DNA of 52,477 nucleotides, from assembly GCA_045534095.1 (NCBI GenBank), contig JAZSJA010000002.1:1-52477 (forward strand), in the 5' to 3' direction. The stretch is from Acutalibacteraceae bacterium. GTDB taxonomy: Bacteria > Bacillota > Clostridia > Oscillospirales > Acutalibacteraceae. Below are positions 52,032 through 52,477 of this stretch, piece by piece (the stretch's first letter is position 1; the number at the start of each line of letters is the position of its first letter). A model generated the notes under the pieces. It made no database searches. It saw only the letters and a program-made list of their open reading frames with translations, and was not told where the DNA came from. The position numbers and the translations under genes were made by a program.

Positions 52032-52385
52032 ATGGAACCCCAAAAAATCGAAGATCTTACTTGCGAGTGGCGAGCTGCAACATGGAAGGTTATTGAGTTT
52101 GTAAAAATTGATCTTACAGAGATAGGTAGACTATTTAAAGATACATATAACATTATAGAAATATATAGTAAAGAAAAACTTGTGCCTAAGGAAATAAGTG
52201 GATTGCTTATCGAAATGTATGAGTTTGGTGGTTGGGTAAGTGCTCTAGATGAAACCCCACTACATTACTTATATCAAGATATAGTATCGCTAATTTATAA
52301 ACTTAATAAATACTTTCTAACCCGTGACGCAAACACAAAAGAAATTGAATACATAATAAATAAAAAACTAATAGTTGAGTGCTAA
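52032..52385 (+). CDS. Hypothetical protein (117 aa), predicted all-helical, immunity-protein-like in size and composition
   Basis: GGAGGAAG RBS 5 nt upstream of the ATG. No signal peptide or TM segment and no recognisable family. The immunity-like comment is an impression only. Confidence 0.55.
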   Translation: MEPQKIEDLTCEWRAATWKVIEFVKIDLTEIGRLFKDTYNIIEIYSKEKLVPKEISGLLIEMYEFGGWVSALDETPLHYLYQDIVSLIYKLNKYFLTRDANTKEIEYIINKKLIVEC

Positions 52386-52423
52386 CCAGTCTTTTAAGAC
52401 TAGTTAGCAAATTTCATATAAAC

Positions 52424-52468
52424 TAAAAAAACCGTGCTATCTTATACAGAGAGTGGCACGGTATTTTT
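52424..52468 (+). terminator. Rho-independent terminator
   Basis: AAAAAAACCGTGC-(18 nt)-GCACGGTATTTTT. A separate near-perfect 13-bp-arm hairpin overlaps the stop codon at 52381-52408. Confidence 0.55.
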
Positions 52469-52477
52469 ATAGTGATT

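Overview
This 52.5-kb window looks like a chromosomal segment of a low-GC Firmicute of the class Clostridia. A type-I dockerin protein, bofA and the codon style suggest a Ruminococcus/Oscillospiraceae-like cellulosome producer. That assignment is inference only, because no homology search was possible.

Most of the window is ordinary core metabolism and housekeeping:
- a co-directional block of acyltransferase, histidine phosphatase, ClC, OPT transporter and a PqqD-like protein
- iorAB, uvrC, an ABC exporter, manA, trmL and a Zn-dependent alcohol dehydrogenase-family protein
- a GT28 glycolipid synthase
- a four-gene Na+-translocating oxaloacetate-decarboxylase operon
- the comEC-holA-TOPRIM-WYL-bofA block
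- a HIT protein, alaS, rubrerythrin and two metallophosphoesterases

There are two carbohydrate loci. One is a cytoplasmic GH36/raffinose-synthase-like protein paired with an uncharacterised enzyme. The other contains GH127, GH130, GH127, AraC and a CBMx3-SGNH-dockerin protein.

The parts the gene list does not explain are these:
1. The 430-bp tRNA-Arg(CCG)-bofA spacer holds an array of seven hairpins. Their stems are unrelated to one another, but each abuts a conserved YATATCATCA decamer. The units form two inverted blocks and are followed by a degenerate second copy of the tRNA T-arm.
2. The right-hand ~2.2 kb is a field of gene fragments: an AraC 3' fragment, a glycosidase C-terminal fragment, a hydrolase N-terminal fragment and an IS200/RayT-like transposase C-terminus with two GTAG-type REP-like hairpins. 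A truncated serine recombinase with two coupled small ORFs follows.
3. The left-hand 1.8 kb appears AT-rich. It carries an XRE regulator, a perfect 23-bp palindrome placed just after a consensus promoter, and four small lipoprotein or membrane-anchored ORFs.
4. A PqqD/RRE-like small protein is translationally coupled to the OPT transporter.

No CRISPR array, rRNA gene, intact transposase or recognisable defence operon was seen. All family assignments come from motif recognition by eye and need HMM or BLAST confirmation.
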